In this document: positions 48,113 to 61,292 of the stretch, in pieces | Layout: every line of letters starts with the position of its first letter | How positions within the stretch are numbered: position 1 is the first letter of the stretch | Assembly (NCBI GenBank): GCA_965178125.1 | Contig: OZ237761.1 | Span: forward strand, 806,001 to 870,000 | Direction of reading: 5' to 3' | DNA length: 64,000 nucleotides | From: Bilabrum cf. latius | Taxonomy: Eukaryota | Notes under the pieces: model-generated | What the model was told of the DNA's origin: nothing | Databases searched by the model: none | The model's input: the letters and a program-made list of their open reading frames with translations, nothing else | Made by a program: the position numbers and the translations under genes

Positions 48113-51100
48113 ATGCTTCCATTGCTGATACCAGAGCGATCGCAGATCCAATCAAACCAAGGCGTTACCGGCGGTCATGAATCGGCAGCCCAGTACGAGC
48201 ATAACCCAATGAAGCATGGTAGCTCTGGCAGTGGCAAGGACGAGACCCGCGTGCAGATCAAGGATGCATCGTTCTCGTGCTGTTGCATCACAAGCACGAC
48301 GCTTGTTGTGCTCGCCATCGTCGGCGCTGCCATTGCGGTCGGTCTGGTCCTCGCGCTTGATGCCAGCGACGACGGAGGCGAAAGCGATACGATCCTATCC
48401 GGGGCTGACCTCAGTAGCGACACGCTGTCCCTTAGTGCATGCCAGACAGCCGTCGCGTCAGGTGCGTTCCTCCATTATGTCAGCGTTCGGTACGATGTTG
48501 AGGGCAGCGAAATCACGTGCAGTGACGCGGAGACTATCAACAACGCAACGTCGGATGTGTTCGGCGTCAATGCGAACGAAATCCTGGTCACGATCGTCGA
48601 GGATGGCGGTCGTAGGCTCGTTGGCGATGTCCGAACAGGGCGAGATTTGCAAGCGGCGGCAAGCACCGTGATCCAGCACATTCTTGCCGAGAGCGAGGAA
48701 GAGGCAGACTTGATTGCGTCAAGGGTGGTCGAAGCTGTGCAGGACGGCACCATCGAGGACGCGCTGGGCAGCGACTTCCCCCTGGCCACCTTCACCGTCA
48801 CCGAGGACCAGGACGGCGGCTTCGTGACGCAAGGCACCTTGGACGGGGGTACACCTGCTTCTATCAGCCCTTCACCTGCCGTAGCAGCTACGACGTCTCC
48901 AGATGCTTCATCCACTCCGACGGTGTCTCCAGCTGCTTCATCCACTCCGACGGTGTCTCCAGATGCTTCATCCACCCCGACGGTGTCTCCAGCTGCTTCA
49001 TCCACCCCGACGGTGTCTCCAGATGCTTCATCCACCCCGACGGTGTCTCCAGATGCTTCATCCACCCCGACGGTGTCTCCAGATGCTTCATCCACCCCGA
49101 CGGTGTCTCCAGATGCTTCATCCACCCCGACGGTGTCTCCAGATGCTTCATCCACCCCGACGGTGTCTCCAGATGCTTCATCCACCCCGACGGTGTCTCC
49201 AGATGCTTCATCCACCCCGACGGTGTCTCCAGATGCTTCATCCACCCCGACGGTGTCTCCAGATGCTTCATCCACCCCGACGGTGTCTCCAGATGCTTCA
49301 TCCACCCCGACGGTGTCTCCAGATGCTTCATCCACCCCGACGGTGTCTCCAGATGCTTCATCCACCCCGACGGTGTCTCCAGATGCTTCATCCACCCCGA
49401 CGGTGTCTCCAGATGCTTCATCCACCCCGACGGTGTCTCCAGCTGCTTCATCCACTCCGACGGCAAGTGCCGGCGTGCCAACTACGCCATCCGAGTCGGT
49501 CACACCGTCTGCTGCCAGCAGCCCATCCACGAGCCCGAGCCCCAGCTCAAGCACCAGCGCAACCCCATCGATATCGATGGGCAGCAGCCCATCCACGAGC
49601 CCCAGCCCATCCACGAGCCCGAGCACCAGCGCGACCCCGTCAGTATCGCCTTCGATCACACCGTCAACTTCCGCGGTAAGTTTGCGTGTGCAGTCCCACG
49701 TAGATGCCACGTATTGCGAGTGCTGCACGCCCACAGGCGCTTGGCTTGTACCGATCTTCTCATATCGTCCTCGCAGTCCCCATCTGCGTCTCCTACCGCG
49801 CTGGGGCAAATCATCGTTGCGACCAGAGACGTCACTGATCCAAGTAGGGCCATTAGCATCAACGTCACATTCACTGACTACATCACGGATGAAGTTCTGG
49901 GAGCTTCTATCGTGACCGATGCGCAGCCAGTGTTCCAGCAAATGTCCAGGGGCACTGATGTCTACGCGGCCACCATCACGAGTGCAGGGGTCTACGACGT
50001 AGGCCCTAGCATCGCCGTCAACCCCTCGAACGGTGGGGTACTTGGCATACCATCCCTGCCGACTAGCAGCAACCGTGACATTACGTACGTGGTGATACAG
50101 AGTCAAGTTATCGCGGGATCAGATCACGATGCAAGAGCCACCGCAGGGACAGAAGCGGCGACTTTCGCAGAAGCAGTCCCAAATACCAACAGCTTTGATT
50201 TTAGCTAGAGGTGCTCGAGGGAGTCCAGTAACTCAGCTGTGTGCAGCCTTGGGGGGACCTCGATGGAATGGCTCAGCAACCTCTAGGTGAATTTCAACAA
50301 GTTTTCTACCCTCTCTGTGGAGGACCGCAACTCATCTTGCAAGGACGGATCCGTGACCGACCCAGATGACTGCATCGTACGGTTGTCGGTGAGAGCCTCC
50401 CTGCTTGGCGTTGACCAACAAAGCCCTTCGTTTCCTGCACTGGCGCTACGTGGCTATGATCTCGCTCGCAGACTTCCTACTCCCATGCATCGGCCTGCCA
50501 TCCTGCAGCTGCCCCTCTTTGCATGCATTCATCACACCGCAGATCCTCATGGACAACTACCCGTACCGAAAGACGTCAGCGGTTGCTAATGCGGATGACC
50601 TCACCCTAGACGACGAGAACTTTGACGAGGACATCGCGGTGAGGGGCGACTTCACTCTGGAGCGAGTCGCGATCGCTGGCGACATCACCGGGATCCGCAT
50701 GCCATCCATGTTTGACTTCGTCGCGTCGCCTTCTGCTGCCATTGTCGACGTGAACACGGGTGAGGTGACTGTGCTCAGAGCGCACGAGGCGGTGACTCAG
50801 GCAACAAGGGACCACGTTGATGCCACCGGTGCCGTTTGTTCGGAGTGGGCGATCGGGAGCATCAACATCTCAGATGGGAGTGTTGGCCTCTACAACGAGA
50901 CTGGCATGAATGTGGTGCTGGAGGAGTTCTTCGTGACCAACTGGTGGGAGGGGTACGTCTGGAACGGGACAAATCCCACGAGCCGCAACACCTCGTTCGT
51001 GCCCTCTGGCGTGTCAACCTTCCCGTTCTTGTGCTCGGTGCCGCCCTCCGCGCTGGAGGCCAACCTGGACCTGCTTGTCGCGGCGAACCACCAAGACAAC

Positions 51101-51535
51101 ATGGACCTCATCGCCAACCCAACGGGTCTGGCCCAGTGGCTTTCGGCGTACATCGTGCCGGAAAGGTTTTCCAGCACTCGGCGGAACGACATCGCGGAGA
51201 TGGAAAAGAGGGACAGGGTCGAGGTGCGGCGCCGTGCTCTGCGAGGAGGCGAGACTGCCACTGCTACATCTAGTGGAGATAGTCAAAACCAGGACCCGAG
51301 CAGCGTCCCCGAAGACGTGCAGGCACTCCGCCTGCTGGGCAACAGAGACCCGATCAGCGGGCGCATGCTCATGGATGTGGACGACCTGCCCGACCATGCT
51401 CCGCGGGTCGAGCGAGAGGGAAGTGGAGATCATCATGATGGCCCCGATGCCGAGGTGAAGAGGGAGCACATGTTCCACGGGAGGGACCCGATGCGGCCTT
51501 GGATGACGGCTGATGGGAAGGGCCTGCTGGTATGA
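48113..51535 (+). CDS. Type II membrane mucin-like surface glycoprotein
   Basis: N-terminal TM (LVVLAIVGAAIAVGLVLAL), GRRL-containing domain, (SPDASSTPTV)n stalk. Introns 49676-49776 and 50389-50542; TAG at 50206 and near 50284; TGA 51533. The start could be ATG 48209. Confidence 0.75.
48896..49463 (+). repeat. 30-bp coding tandem repeat, about 19 copies (SPDASSTPTV)
   Basis: Unit tctccag(a/c)tgcttcatccac(c/t)ccgacggtg, nearly perfect. Confidence 0.97.
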
Positions 51536-52001
51536 TGCGAATGTGCCGGTTTCGACTGCCGGGGGTGCGGCTCAGGAGCGCGGGTGGAGCGGGTGGTACA
51601 TTGTCCACCAGCGCTGCGGGAGGGCCCCGTCAGCTGACGGCCGGACCTCCTGCAATGTGTCAGGGGCAGTGTGCATCCCAGCCTCAGGATGTGATTTGTG
51701 CAGTAGCCGCTGCAGGCATTTCGGGGCTTGTTTTGTACATTTGCTTTCTCGTTGAAATCGTCGTGCACAATCCTCTTGCCCTAATGAAGGCTCCGAGTCC
51801 GGGGATCCATCCCCAATTGCATTCGGTAAACACCGCGACTGGCCTGCATTTTGAGTTGGTTTCGGCTGCGCTACAACAGAAGCATCGCTTACAAAGGGAG
51901 CCTAACGCACTTGACAGTGCGAGGGGGCGGCCCGGGGGGGGGCGGTTTGGACAAAGGTTTGCGCAGAAATATAGACCATACAAATACGCGGCGTACACAA
52001 T

Positions 52002-55000
52002 TCACTTCTTCTGCTAGCTCGTGATCCTATCTCCCAGTGCAAGAGCCACTCCCTGCGTCTTGGCACGGATCCGGATGTGCCCTCGCACGGACCCATCCTC
52101 CATCTTCATCACGCTCAGGTTCGCAAGCGCGTCCTCCCCAAAGGTTGACTTGGCGTACAGGTTAGCCGCCAGAAACTCCGAGTCTCCCTGCAGAGCGTCC
52201 ATGGGCGTGAGGCACTGCATGGAGGTGATCTTCACGATGTGAGCCAGGTACTCCTGCAGGGACCGCAGGTTGGTGTTCACCGACACCTTGTTCTCCCACT
52301 CGAACTCGGCCCACATCCCGCGGAAGGCGATGGCCTCGCAGTAGGCTGGGTGGATGTAGTCCATAATGTCGATGCGCACCTCGCTCAGGTGCACCACGTG
52401 CTTGTCGAAGAAGCTCCTCGGCTTGTCGTACACCACCGTGCCGTAGATGTACCCGCTCTCGGTGCTGCTGATCTTCACAGAGGCACGCACTGCGCGGCTC
52501 TCGCCCGGGCCCAGCGTCACGACGGGCGGCCTCTCGACGAGCTTGAGCTCCCCCACCGTGCCCAGCTCCACGCTCACGTTGGTCAGCGTCCGGTCCGACC
52601 TGTTCAGCAGGGCCATGTCCAGCACGATGTCGTAGTCGTGCACCGTCACGCAGGCCTCCACGTACACCGCGTCCGAGAACCCGGTCAGCTGGTGCACCCT
52701 CGACAGCCTCGCCCCGAAATCGTCCTGCGAGGAGGCAGTAGCCCGCTGCACCTCGGCGTCGTCGTCCAGCGCGAGCTCCATCTGTGAAGGGCCGCCGGCC
52801 GCCGCGGCGCCCTTGCCCCTCAGCTGGCGCACTACGATGACGTCGTCCGGCTGCGTCACCACCTACAGGGACGTGCGCCCGCCCACCGAGCGCCCGCCGA
52901 GCCTGGTGGTGGCCCTCCCGTTGGAGGCACCCGCCCCGCTGGCCGGCCCCTGCTCGTCCTCCTGGTTTTCCTTCGATTCCACGACGGCAGACGGACGCTG
53001 CGAGTAACCCGGCAGCCGCGCGTTCGCCCCCGAGGGCCCCTGCTCCCCGCCCTGCTGCTCCGAGGCTTCGCTCTCCGCATGCCGGGCCGCCAGCTCCTCC
53101 AGCGCGGCCGCGTCTGCGATCAGTCCCGCCATGCCTGCCTCCCCGCCGCTCGCCGCAGTGGAGGACCCGCTGCCGCCCATGCCCCTCTAGTGGTTCTTCT
53201 GGGCGCGCTCCTTGAGGATCTGTGCCTTGGCCTTGGAGATGCGCTGGAAGGACAGCAGCTCCTTGAAGGCCGCCTCGCAGCCGTCCAGCAGCACCGGGGT
53301 CAGAGCCTCTCTGGTCTCAGGCTCGCCCAGGATGCGGATGCAGGCCACCACGTGCTCGAAGGCGTCCTGGTCCATGCGCAGAGTGCGAGCCGAGGATGCG
53401 GCCGCGCCCGAGGAGCCGCCGTCGCTCGACACTCCGGTGGCACCCACGTCTGCCGCCAGCCCGGCCACTGCCGCGGCCTTGTCGCCCTGGTGCTGCTGCT
53501 GACCCACCTCCAGCACCGCCGTCATCACCAGCAGAGCGTCCACCACTGCCGACTTGGCCTCAGCCGACGCCGGCCCATGGGCTTGCCCGGCCCTAAGCGC
53601 GAGCTTGGTCAGCGTGGAGGCCAGCGCAGAGGCCAAGTACCAGTTGCCGCGCCCCTTGAGCAGGAGCCGCCGCAGCGCAGGCCCGGACGAGGTGCGGGCC
53701 GTGTCAGCTGCCGCCTGCTGCGCCGCGGATGCCTCAGTCATGGCCGACTGCGTGGCGTAGCTCCCGTCCGCCAGGATCTTGGGCCCCTTGGAGGCCACAG
53801 GGGCGGTCGACGACTCGCCACCCTCGGCTGGGCCAGCTGCGCCGTCCTCCTCCTCGCCCCCCTCTGCAGCAGGGGCCACCACGGGTGCAGCCCTCTCGTC
53901 TCTGTGCGGCTCGGTGAGCGGCAGCGAGCCCAGCGTGTCCCGGATGGAGGCCAGCGCCCCCTGAATGGCCTCCTTGCTCTCGGCGAACTGGCCCATCACC
54001 CACAGAGCCACGCGCATCACCTCCGTGTGCTGCACGTCTGCCACTGTGTTCTCCAGTCGGGCCAGCAGGTCGGCTCGCATGTGCGGCTGAGTCTCTGCCA
54101 GCTGCCTCACGAGGTGCGCCACGTCCAGCGCCGACTCGGCGTCCACATCGGGGGAAGACACGAACGAGAGCAGGGCAGGCAGCACGTGGGTGGCCACACC
54201 GGGGAAACGCACGGCGCACTGGTGGAGTGCCTGCACCAGGGCGCGGTGGTAGGCCTGGGCGTTGCGCAGCGCATCGGACCCACCTCTACGCTTGCGAGAG
54301 CTGCTGCCGGCGCCTGCCGCCGCGTCCGATGTCTCCTCGACTGCCTTGGCTTCTGCAACGGCCTCTGCCGCCCCCATTGCCTCCTTCCGCAGGAGGCCCG
54401 CGACCTCGTCCACGTTCCTCTAAGACACCAGCCGCATGGCCAGGGAGAGAGCGGCCTTGCGCACCCCCAGGTGCTCCGTCCCGAGGGCCCGCAGCACCTC
54501 CATGACCTGCTCCCGGAGCACACGGGCGTGCCTGGGCAGCAGCTGGCCCAGTCGCTCGATGACCACGAGGCGCACGTTGTTGTCCGTGCCTCGCTTAAGC
54601 AGACGGGTCCAAGCCTGCGTGGCAGCTCGCACCGCCGTGGGTGCAGAGGACATGGCCACAAGCGCTGAGGCCGCCTCGAAGGCAACCGCCGCCGATTCGC
54701 TCTCCAGCAGCTGGAAGATGGGGCCGATGAAGCGGGCCTTCATGGCCGGATCCTTGCGGCAGGTGCGGCGGGCCAGCTCGAGCAGAGCCAGCTGAAAGCC
54801 CTCCCCGTACGCCTCCACCTCGGATGCGTGCTCCACGTAAAACTCGAGAGCCTTGGCCTGGTCGCAGTCGAACAGCATGATGAACGCGTTGCGACGGGCA
54901 GCCGGGTCCTTTTCCTCCCTTATGAACTTTGCGATGTCCTCCGCGGCATCTGGGAATGCTGCTGCTCCAAAGTTCCGCACAATGGAGTGCACCGTGAGGA

Positions 55001-55578
55001 CGGCATGCCGACGCACGTACGGGTGGCCGTGTCTCAGATTGTCCCGAACGGGCTCGATGAGCTCGTGCACTAAGTCGCTCTCCCTGATTTTGCAAAGGAA
55101 TCGCAATGTGCAGCCGCGCACATACTCGTTCGGGTGCTTGAGATCTTCTCTCAAGGAGTTGCTGCGATGGTAGAGAGGACGGGTGCCAAGCTATTCACAA
55201 GTGGGGCTGCTGCGGGTCTGCCGCCCGCGGCACTTGCTATTCGCATCAAAAGGCATACATCAGCACAATGACTCACCAGACGAGAATAAGTTCTTGCAAT
55301 AGCTTGCCATCCGCGCCACGTTTCCGGACTGCTTCCCAGTACAACATCAGCATCTTTTTCAAGGCATGGTCCTCGACAGTGACGCAGCCCCTAATCACAT
55401 CCATTAATATTCCCGACATGTCCACGCCAGCCAGCATTGCCATCAAAGCGCGGCGCAGCCCGTCCGTCTTCGCAAACACATCCGGATCCGCTAGAAGCTG
55501 CTTCACCTCATCTACTGTCGCAACCTCGTAGCTCGCTGGCTACGCAACAATAAAGGTGCAGCTATCTTCCAACGCCAT
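52002..55578 (-). CDS. COPB1: Coatomer subunit beta (beta-COP)
   Basis: [43 protein letters not shown] (intron 55162-55276), ILADGSYATQSA, QLTGFSDAVYVEA, FRGMWAEFEWENKV, FLAANLYAKSTFGEDALANLS, ends LGDRITS[TAG]QKK-TGA. TAG at 55540, 54420, 53187, 52863 and 52014. Confidence 0.97.
55162..55276 (-). other. Spliceosomal intron in beta-COP
   Basis: GTGAGT...CTACCATCGCAG; splicing restores ILVCNSL. Confidence 0.92.
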
Positions 55579-55740
55579 GGCCGTATCACTTCTCCAGAGA
55601 AGGGGTTCGTGGCAGAGCAAGCCCAATAAAAAATAACTTAGCGTCTCCAAAATCTTGTTTAATACAACACATAACGTTACAATTATACTATTCGGAGCAA
55701 TAAACAATCCGCCGGAACGATTCACAACGTCCGCTGTACC

Positions 55741-56271
55741 ATGGGACTGTACGACATGAGCCCTTCGGCAACAGTCGCTCGAGATGTATTTGAGACTATC
55801 GAGTATGGCGTTTACTTTGGGATTTCGATCCCTCTTCTGATGAATACAACCCACTGGTTGCAGCTTGCAAGGAAACACGGCAGCTTGCAACGAGGCTACC
55901 GTGCCTTGTAGCAGTCTTCGCCAAGATTGCTTCACTTTGATCGCGGGTTTCTGTCTGCCCGTCTGCTGGCACTGAATGAACCACGTTTGTTTCGTGGGAC
56001 GGTGGCAACGAGTATCGGGGTAGGCAGTTTGCTTCTCGCAGTTCGTACGAGCGAAACTGTGTGTGGATACGCGTACATCGCAGCACTAAAGCCTTCAAAT
56101 CCAATGCACCCGAAAGATGATAACAAGGTGGCGCGGCTTGCAGGTGCTTTTACGGGGTCGGGGCTGTACGCATATCGCAAGTTTGGCCTGACGATGGCGG
56201 GAGCTGGGACGATGCTTAGTGTAGGCATACTATCTGCGGTTATCCAGAAGTTTGGGGCGAGTCGTCAATAA
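55741..56271 (+). CDS. Small membrane protein, Tim17/Tim22/Tim23-family-like
   Basis: ATG 55741, TAG 55909, KDDNKVARLAGAFTGSGLYAYRKFG...; ends in TAA. Confidence 0.55.
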
Positions 56272-56300
56272 TGTATGGTCACAACGCAGCCACGCGGGAG

Positions 56301-58756
56301 TTATGTGGCGGGCACATCCCCGAACCACCGAGAGGGCAGGCACTGCAGCACAGCTGCGGCTGCCTCGAGTGGCACGGGAAGTTCGCTCTCTGCTGCACCA
56401 TGCCAGTGGCTACCGAGACCCACTTCTCGCACCGAGATATTCCTTGGTCTGGCCTTATCCGTGCTGCACTTCCCCTTGGCTCGGATCACCGAAGATGCCT
56501 CCTGGTCGCGCTCATGGTGGGCCTCTTCTCCCGCGAACAGACCCACCACCACCTCCAGCGGGATGGGCCTGCCGCTGCCTTGCGCGGGCTCGGGGGAGTC
56601 GCTGGTGGCTGTCCTCTCCAAGGTGGCGGTGGCCATGATACGCACCTCCAGCGAGGAGCCCTTGGTGGATGCATCGGCATCTGCACGAGGTACTGGCAGG
56701 TCCAGCACCCACCGGATGGCGGTGTCCACCTCCGACCCTCCAGCGCCGCCCCTGGCTGGCACCGCAGCACAGCTCAGCACTGAACCCGCCGTGGTTTTCG
56801 CCCCGCGAGGAGTCCCGTGAACGGATGCGCCCGCAAATTCAGCGCGGGCCGACACGAGCTGCACTCGGCCACTGCCCTGCCCGAGGCCTTCGTCCTTTGG
56901 CAGAGCAGGCAGCGTGCGGCCGGCGCTGTCATCCGAGTCGCTGGGCCGGCCACTGCGCCGGCCAGCTTTGAGACCGCCCAGCGGCAGCATGAGGTCCACC
57001 TAGGCTCGCACGCTAGCGCTGGTGCTGGCACTGGTGCCCCTAAGGATGCCCCTCAGCTGTGCAGGAAAAAGCTTGAGCTTCACCAGGCAGTTCACTGCCG
57101 ATGACTGTCGTGGGGACCCGGACCCAGCCGCGACAGAGCTGCGACTAGAGGTGGACCAACCTTTGATCTTCGCTGCACCGGAAGCAACCGCCGGGGGTTC
57201 GCCCAGGCCAGCGCCAGCCTTTGCGCCCTGGTGGCCTGCCAGCAGCAGCACGTGGGCCGGGCACGAGGACGACGAAGGAGCAGAGGGCGAGTGCGATGGC
57301 GATGTAGCGGGCCCTGGGCGCGGTGGCAGCTTGAGGGCTGCGTATACCCCGCCATGCGCAAGGGGCTTGGTGCGGATGGCGGCACCGGACCGATCTGTGC
57401 GCAGAGCACCGTCACCAAGTGGCCATGCAGCCATGGTGTCCGTGCCTGGGCGAGCCAGCCTAGCCTCATGCAGCGGCACAGTTCCCTCTCGCCTGACGGC
57501 TAGGACCCAGCTCGACCTGAGTGCTGGCAGCGCCGTGAGAAAGGCATAGGCTGCTGCAGCACGCACCTGCCCAGAGGCCGACAGCCTGTACTGCGTCTGT
57601 CTGCGCACCAGCAGAGTTGGCTCGTCGGGCACTTGCGATGCAGGAGTATCGGCTTGAGTGCTCGAACCTGCGTGCGCCGCCCCGCTGCTGGCTGATAGTG
57701 CGTCAGAGGGCCCCCCTCGGCGGGCGAGGGCATCCGGGTGGGCATCGCTGCCGCTTGCACTGCTGCTGTTGCCCTGTTGGCCTGAGCCAGCGGCAGCCGG
57801 CGAGGGTGCCTGCGATGCACCGCCAGTGAAGTCGGCACTTTGCAGCTCGGGTTCCGCGCTTGCTAGACCTGCAGCATCGCCTTGACTGCTGGTTGCATCG
57901 ATCGGTGCCGTGGTGTCTGGCCCCGCAGGGACTGGTGCGAGAGTCGATGGCGCCCCGTCTAGTAGGCTGGATCCAGCAGAGTCGCGGGAGGCTGGCAGCC
58001 TGGCCCGGGCGTTGTGAACCATGGCAGCGACTCGGCCGCGGCGGAGTCTAGAGGCCACGGGGGACTTGCTGCTGCCGTGCTGCTGCCACTCTGCTCGAAA
58101 TGACAGGTCTGAATCTGAGGCTCGAGCCCTCGTCAACGCAGCCTCGGCTACTGCCGCCGTGCTGCGCCGCTCCCCGCCCGGCACTGCCTCGGTAGCTGCG
58201 CTCGCTACAGCCGCATACCCCCCAGCAGTTTCAAGATGCGACGGGCACTCGTCAAACGATGTGCTACCTGGTGCTATGGAGCTCGAGAGTCCCGAGAATG
58301 AGTTGAGCGCAAGCGAGTTGTCTTTTGCACGGATCGAGATGCCCGCACATGATAAATCGGACGCGCCACTATGATGAGCCTTTCCATAAGCTAGCCTATG
58401 CATGACTCGAAGTACGGCGGGTCGCAAAGACAGCAACACGGGTACAGACGTGGACGACTAGCCCCCGCAAACCTGCTCGATCGCCATCGCAATCGCAAAC
58501 CCGAGCCGACGCGCGGCCTCCAAGCTGGCAGCCTGTACCTCCACAGCTAGCTCCTTATCAGCCTGCCCCAGTTGTTGCAAGACCCTAGGGCCAGAAATGC
58601 TGCGGTTTCTTTGATTGTCAGCGAGGTAAACCACGGTCTAATGTGGTATTCAAGGTCTCGCACCGGCTCGCCAACGGCAACGACTCACCTAATTACTGGT
58701 AACGCTTCTACTATGATGCGCCGCACTGGCCGTAACTGTACGACACACGCGTTCAT
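56301..58756 (-). CDS. Hypothetical protein, possibly with a mu-homology-like beta-rich C-terminal domain
   Basis: Exon 58689-58756, intron 58585-58688 (GTGAGT...CCCTAG, phase 2), then one frame through TAG 58458 and 57000 to TAA 56301. The domain call is weak. Confidence 0.5.
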
Positions 58757-58878
58757 GGCTATAATTACACTGTTGCAGTTGTGGCCATTAATCGGATTTT
58801 CCGAAATGTAACGTGGTAAACGAACAGGGCAGATCTTTTTGCCGGATTCAACCAGTACGCGCGATAAAACGCTTGCAA

Positions 58879-61203
58879 ATGGACCCAGTCCTCGCTCCTG
58901 GTACTGGTATTGTGTCCAGTTCTGCCAAGCTTCGGTTCGATGGGCGCGTCGCTATTGTAACAGGCGCTGGCCACGGGCTAGGCAAGGCGTACGCGTTGCT
59001 GCTCGCAAATCGTGGCTGCAAAGTGCTCGTGAATGATCTAGGTGGGAGTGTATCTGGAGACGGAAGCTCTAGCAGAGCTGCAGACGATGTTGTGTCTGAG
59101 ATTCGCCGGAACGGGGGAATCGCGGCACCCTCCTATGCCAGCGTCGTGGACGGGGCTAGGGTTGTGAAGGATGCTCTGGATGCCTTCGGAAGAATTGACA
59201 TTGTCATCAATAACGCTGGGATCCTTCGTGATGGCTCTTTCCAAAAAATGTCCGACAAGCAGTGGGAGCTGGTGATGGCCGTTCACCTGCAAGGTGCCTA
59301 CGCAGTCGCCCGGGCAGCATGGCCCCACATGCGCGAGCAGAGGTATGGCAGGGTGATTTTCGTTTGCTCTAGTACCGGCCTGTACGGCAACTTTGGGCAG
59401 GCGAACTACGGTGCCGCCAAGATGGGCGTGCTCGGCATGGCGCACTCGCTTGCTCTCGAGGGCCGTCGGCGGGGCATCCTCGTCAACACGGTGGCCCCCA
59501 TCGCGGCGTCAAGGATGACCGAGGGACTCATGCCTCCGGAGCTGATGCGCGCCCTGGCCCCAGAGGCGGTTGCCCCGGTGGTGGCCGTGCTTGCCCACGA
59601 GCGGTGCCCGTGTGACGACAGCTGCGTCGAGGTGGGCGCGGGATGGGTGGCCGCGGTGCGATGGCAGCGGTCGGCAGGCGCTCTGGTGAAGCTTCCAGCC
59701 AGTGGCGGCGGCAGCGGCAGCGGTGCTGATGGCGCATGCGCGGTGGAAGCCGTGGCCAAGGCGTGGGACGATGTGATGGACTTCGAGAGGGCAGGTGCCT
59801 CGCACCCGACGAGCACGCAGGAGTCCTTCGAGCCCTTACTGACCGCCGTGTCTGCGCTGGAGGAGGAGGCAAGGGGGGCGGGAGGCAAGGGATCCGGGGG
59901 TAGAGGAGGAGCGGGTGCTCCGGAGACGGGGGAGGGCGCGGAGGAAGCAGCGCTGGGCGGCGCCTCTTCCAGCAGGCCGACAGGTCTCGCCCTTGGGGAT
60001 GCAGCGGCAGGCCCACACGCGGCCCCCACCGAGGCCAGGGCGGCATTCAGGCTGCTGCACGACGGACGCTGCCCCGGGCTGCCCGTGCTGGCCGGTGGGC
60101 GCGCGGGGGAGAGCGATGAGGTGCAGGTGGCGCGCGCCATCGCGGCCGCTTTGCCAACCACTACAGCGAAGTACGACTGGAAGCAGTCCGCACTGTACGC
60201 ACTGGCAGTGGGAGCCTCGAGAGACCCAAAGGACCCGATGGACCTGGCCTACACGTACGAAAACGCCGACACGGAATCGATCACTCCCGGGGCTGGTCTC
60301 GCGGCCCCGGCTGTGCTGCCCACGCAGGCAGTGTTATTCCCGCACGCCGCGCTGGAAGGAGTTGTGGGGCACCCGGGCCTTGATTTCAACCCGATGATGC
60401 TGCTGCACGGGCAGCACGAGCTTGTGATGCCGATCGATCCCGATACTGGGCTCGCGCGCCCGCTGCCACCTGAAGCCACCTGCCTCGTCCGGGGACGCGT
60501 GAGCCGCGTGTTCGACAAGGGCAGCGGCGCCCTCGTGGTTGCGGACTCTGTGGCGGCAGAGGCAAAGTCGGGGCAAGTGCTGGCCATCAACCGGGCGGGG
60601 CTCTTCCTGCGCGGCATCGGTGGGTTCGCCGCCGGAGCCCGCAGCAAGGGAGAGGGGCTGGACGCAGGGCGGCCTGCGTGGTAGCTGCCTGGGGGCGTGC
60701 AACCTGCCCCGGGGAACAGCGTGGCGAGTCCTTCCACAGAGACGCGGCCCGAAACAGCCCTGCTGTACCGCCTGCTGGGCGACCTGAACCCGCTGCACGC
60801 CGACCCAGCCGTGGCAGGGGCGGCTGGATTCGAGAGGCCGATCCTCCATGGACTGTGTTCCCTGGGCGTGGCTGGTCGTCACGTCATCACCTCGCTGCTC
60901 GGAGGGGATCCCCGCAGGCTGCTCCGGATCCGAGGCAGGTTCTCGAGGCACGTGCTGCCTGGACAGACGCTGCAGACACACGTGTGGATTGCGGGTGATG
61001 CGCAAGAGGAGGATGTGCCTGGAGAAGGACTAGAGGGCATGTTTCCGCGAGACCACGGGGCCAGCTGCAGGAGTGGGCAGCGAGCGAAGCGTGTGCTGTT
61101 CGAAGTATCGGCTGGCGGCGGCATGGGGAGCAGCACCGTGGTGCTGAGCAAAGGCGAGGCAGTGGTAGTGCTGCCCTCGGGTGCGGCCCGCGCCAAGCTT
61201 TGA
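58879..61203 (+). CDS. HSD17B4: Peroxisomal multifunctional enzyme type 2 (3-hydroxyacyl-CoA dehydrogenase + enoyl-CoA hydratase 2)
   Basis: VTGAGHGLG, VNDLGG, NNAGILRD, GNFGQANYGAAK, LYALAVGA, LLHGQH, DKGSGA; after TAG 60682 LYRLLGDLNPLHADP and PILHGLC; C-terminal PTS1 AKL-TGA. Confidence 0.95.
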
Positions 61204-61292
61204 GCCTGCCACTGGCGTTGCTTGCGAGGGTTGACGATTACTAGTAGAGCTTCGTGCCGATTGCACCTAGACATGCAACAATCAATCGCGCA

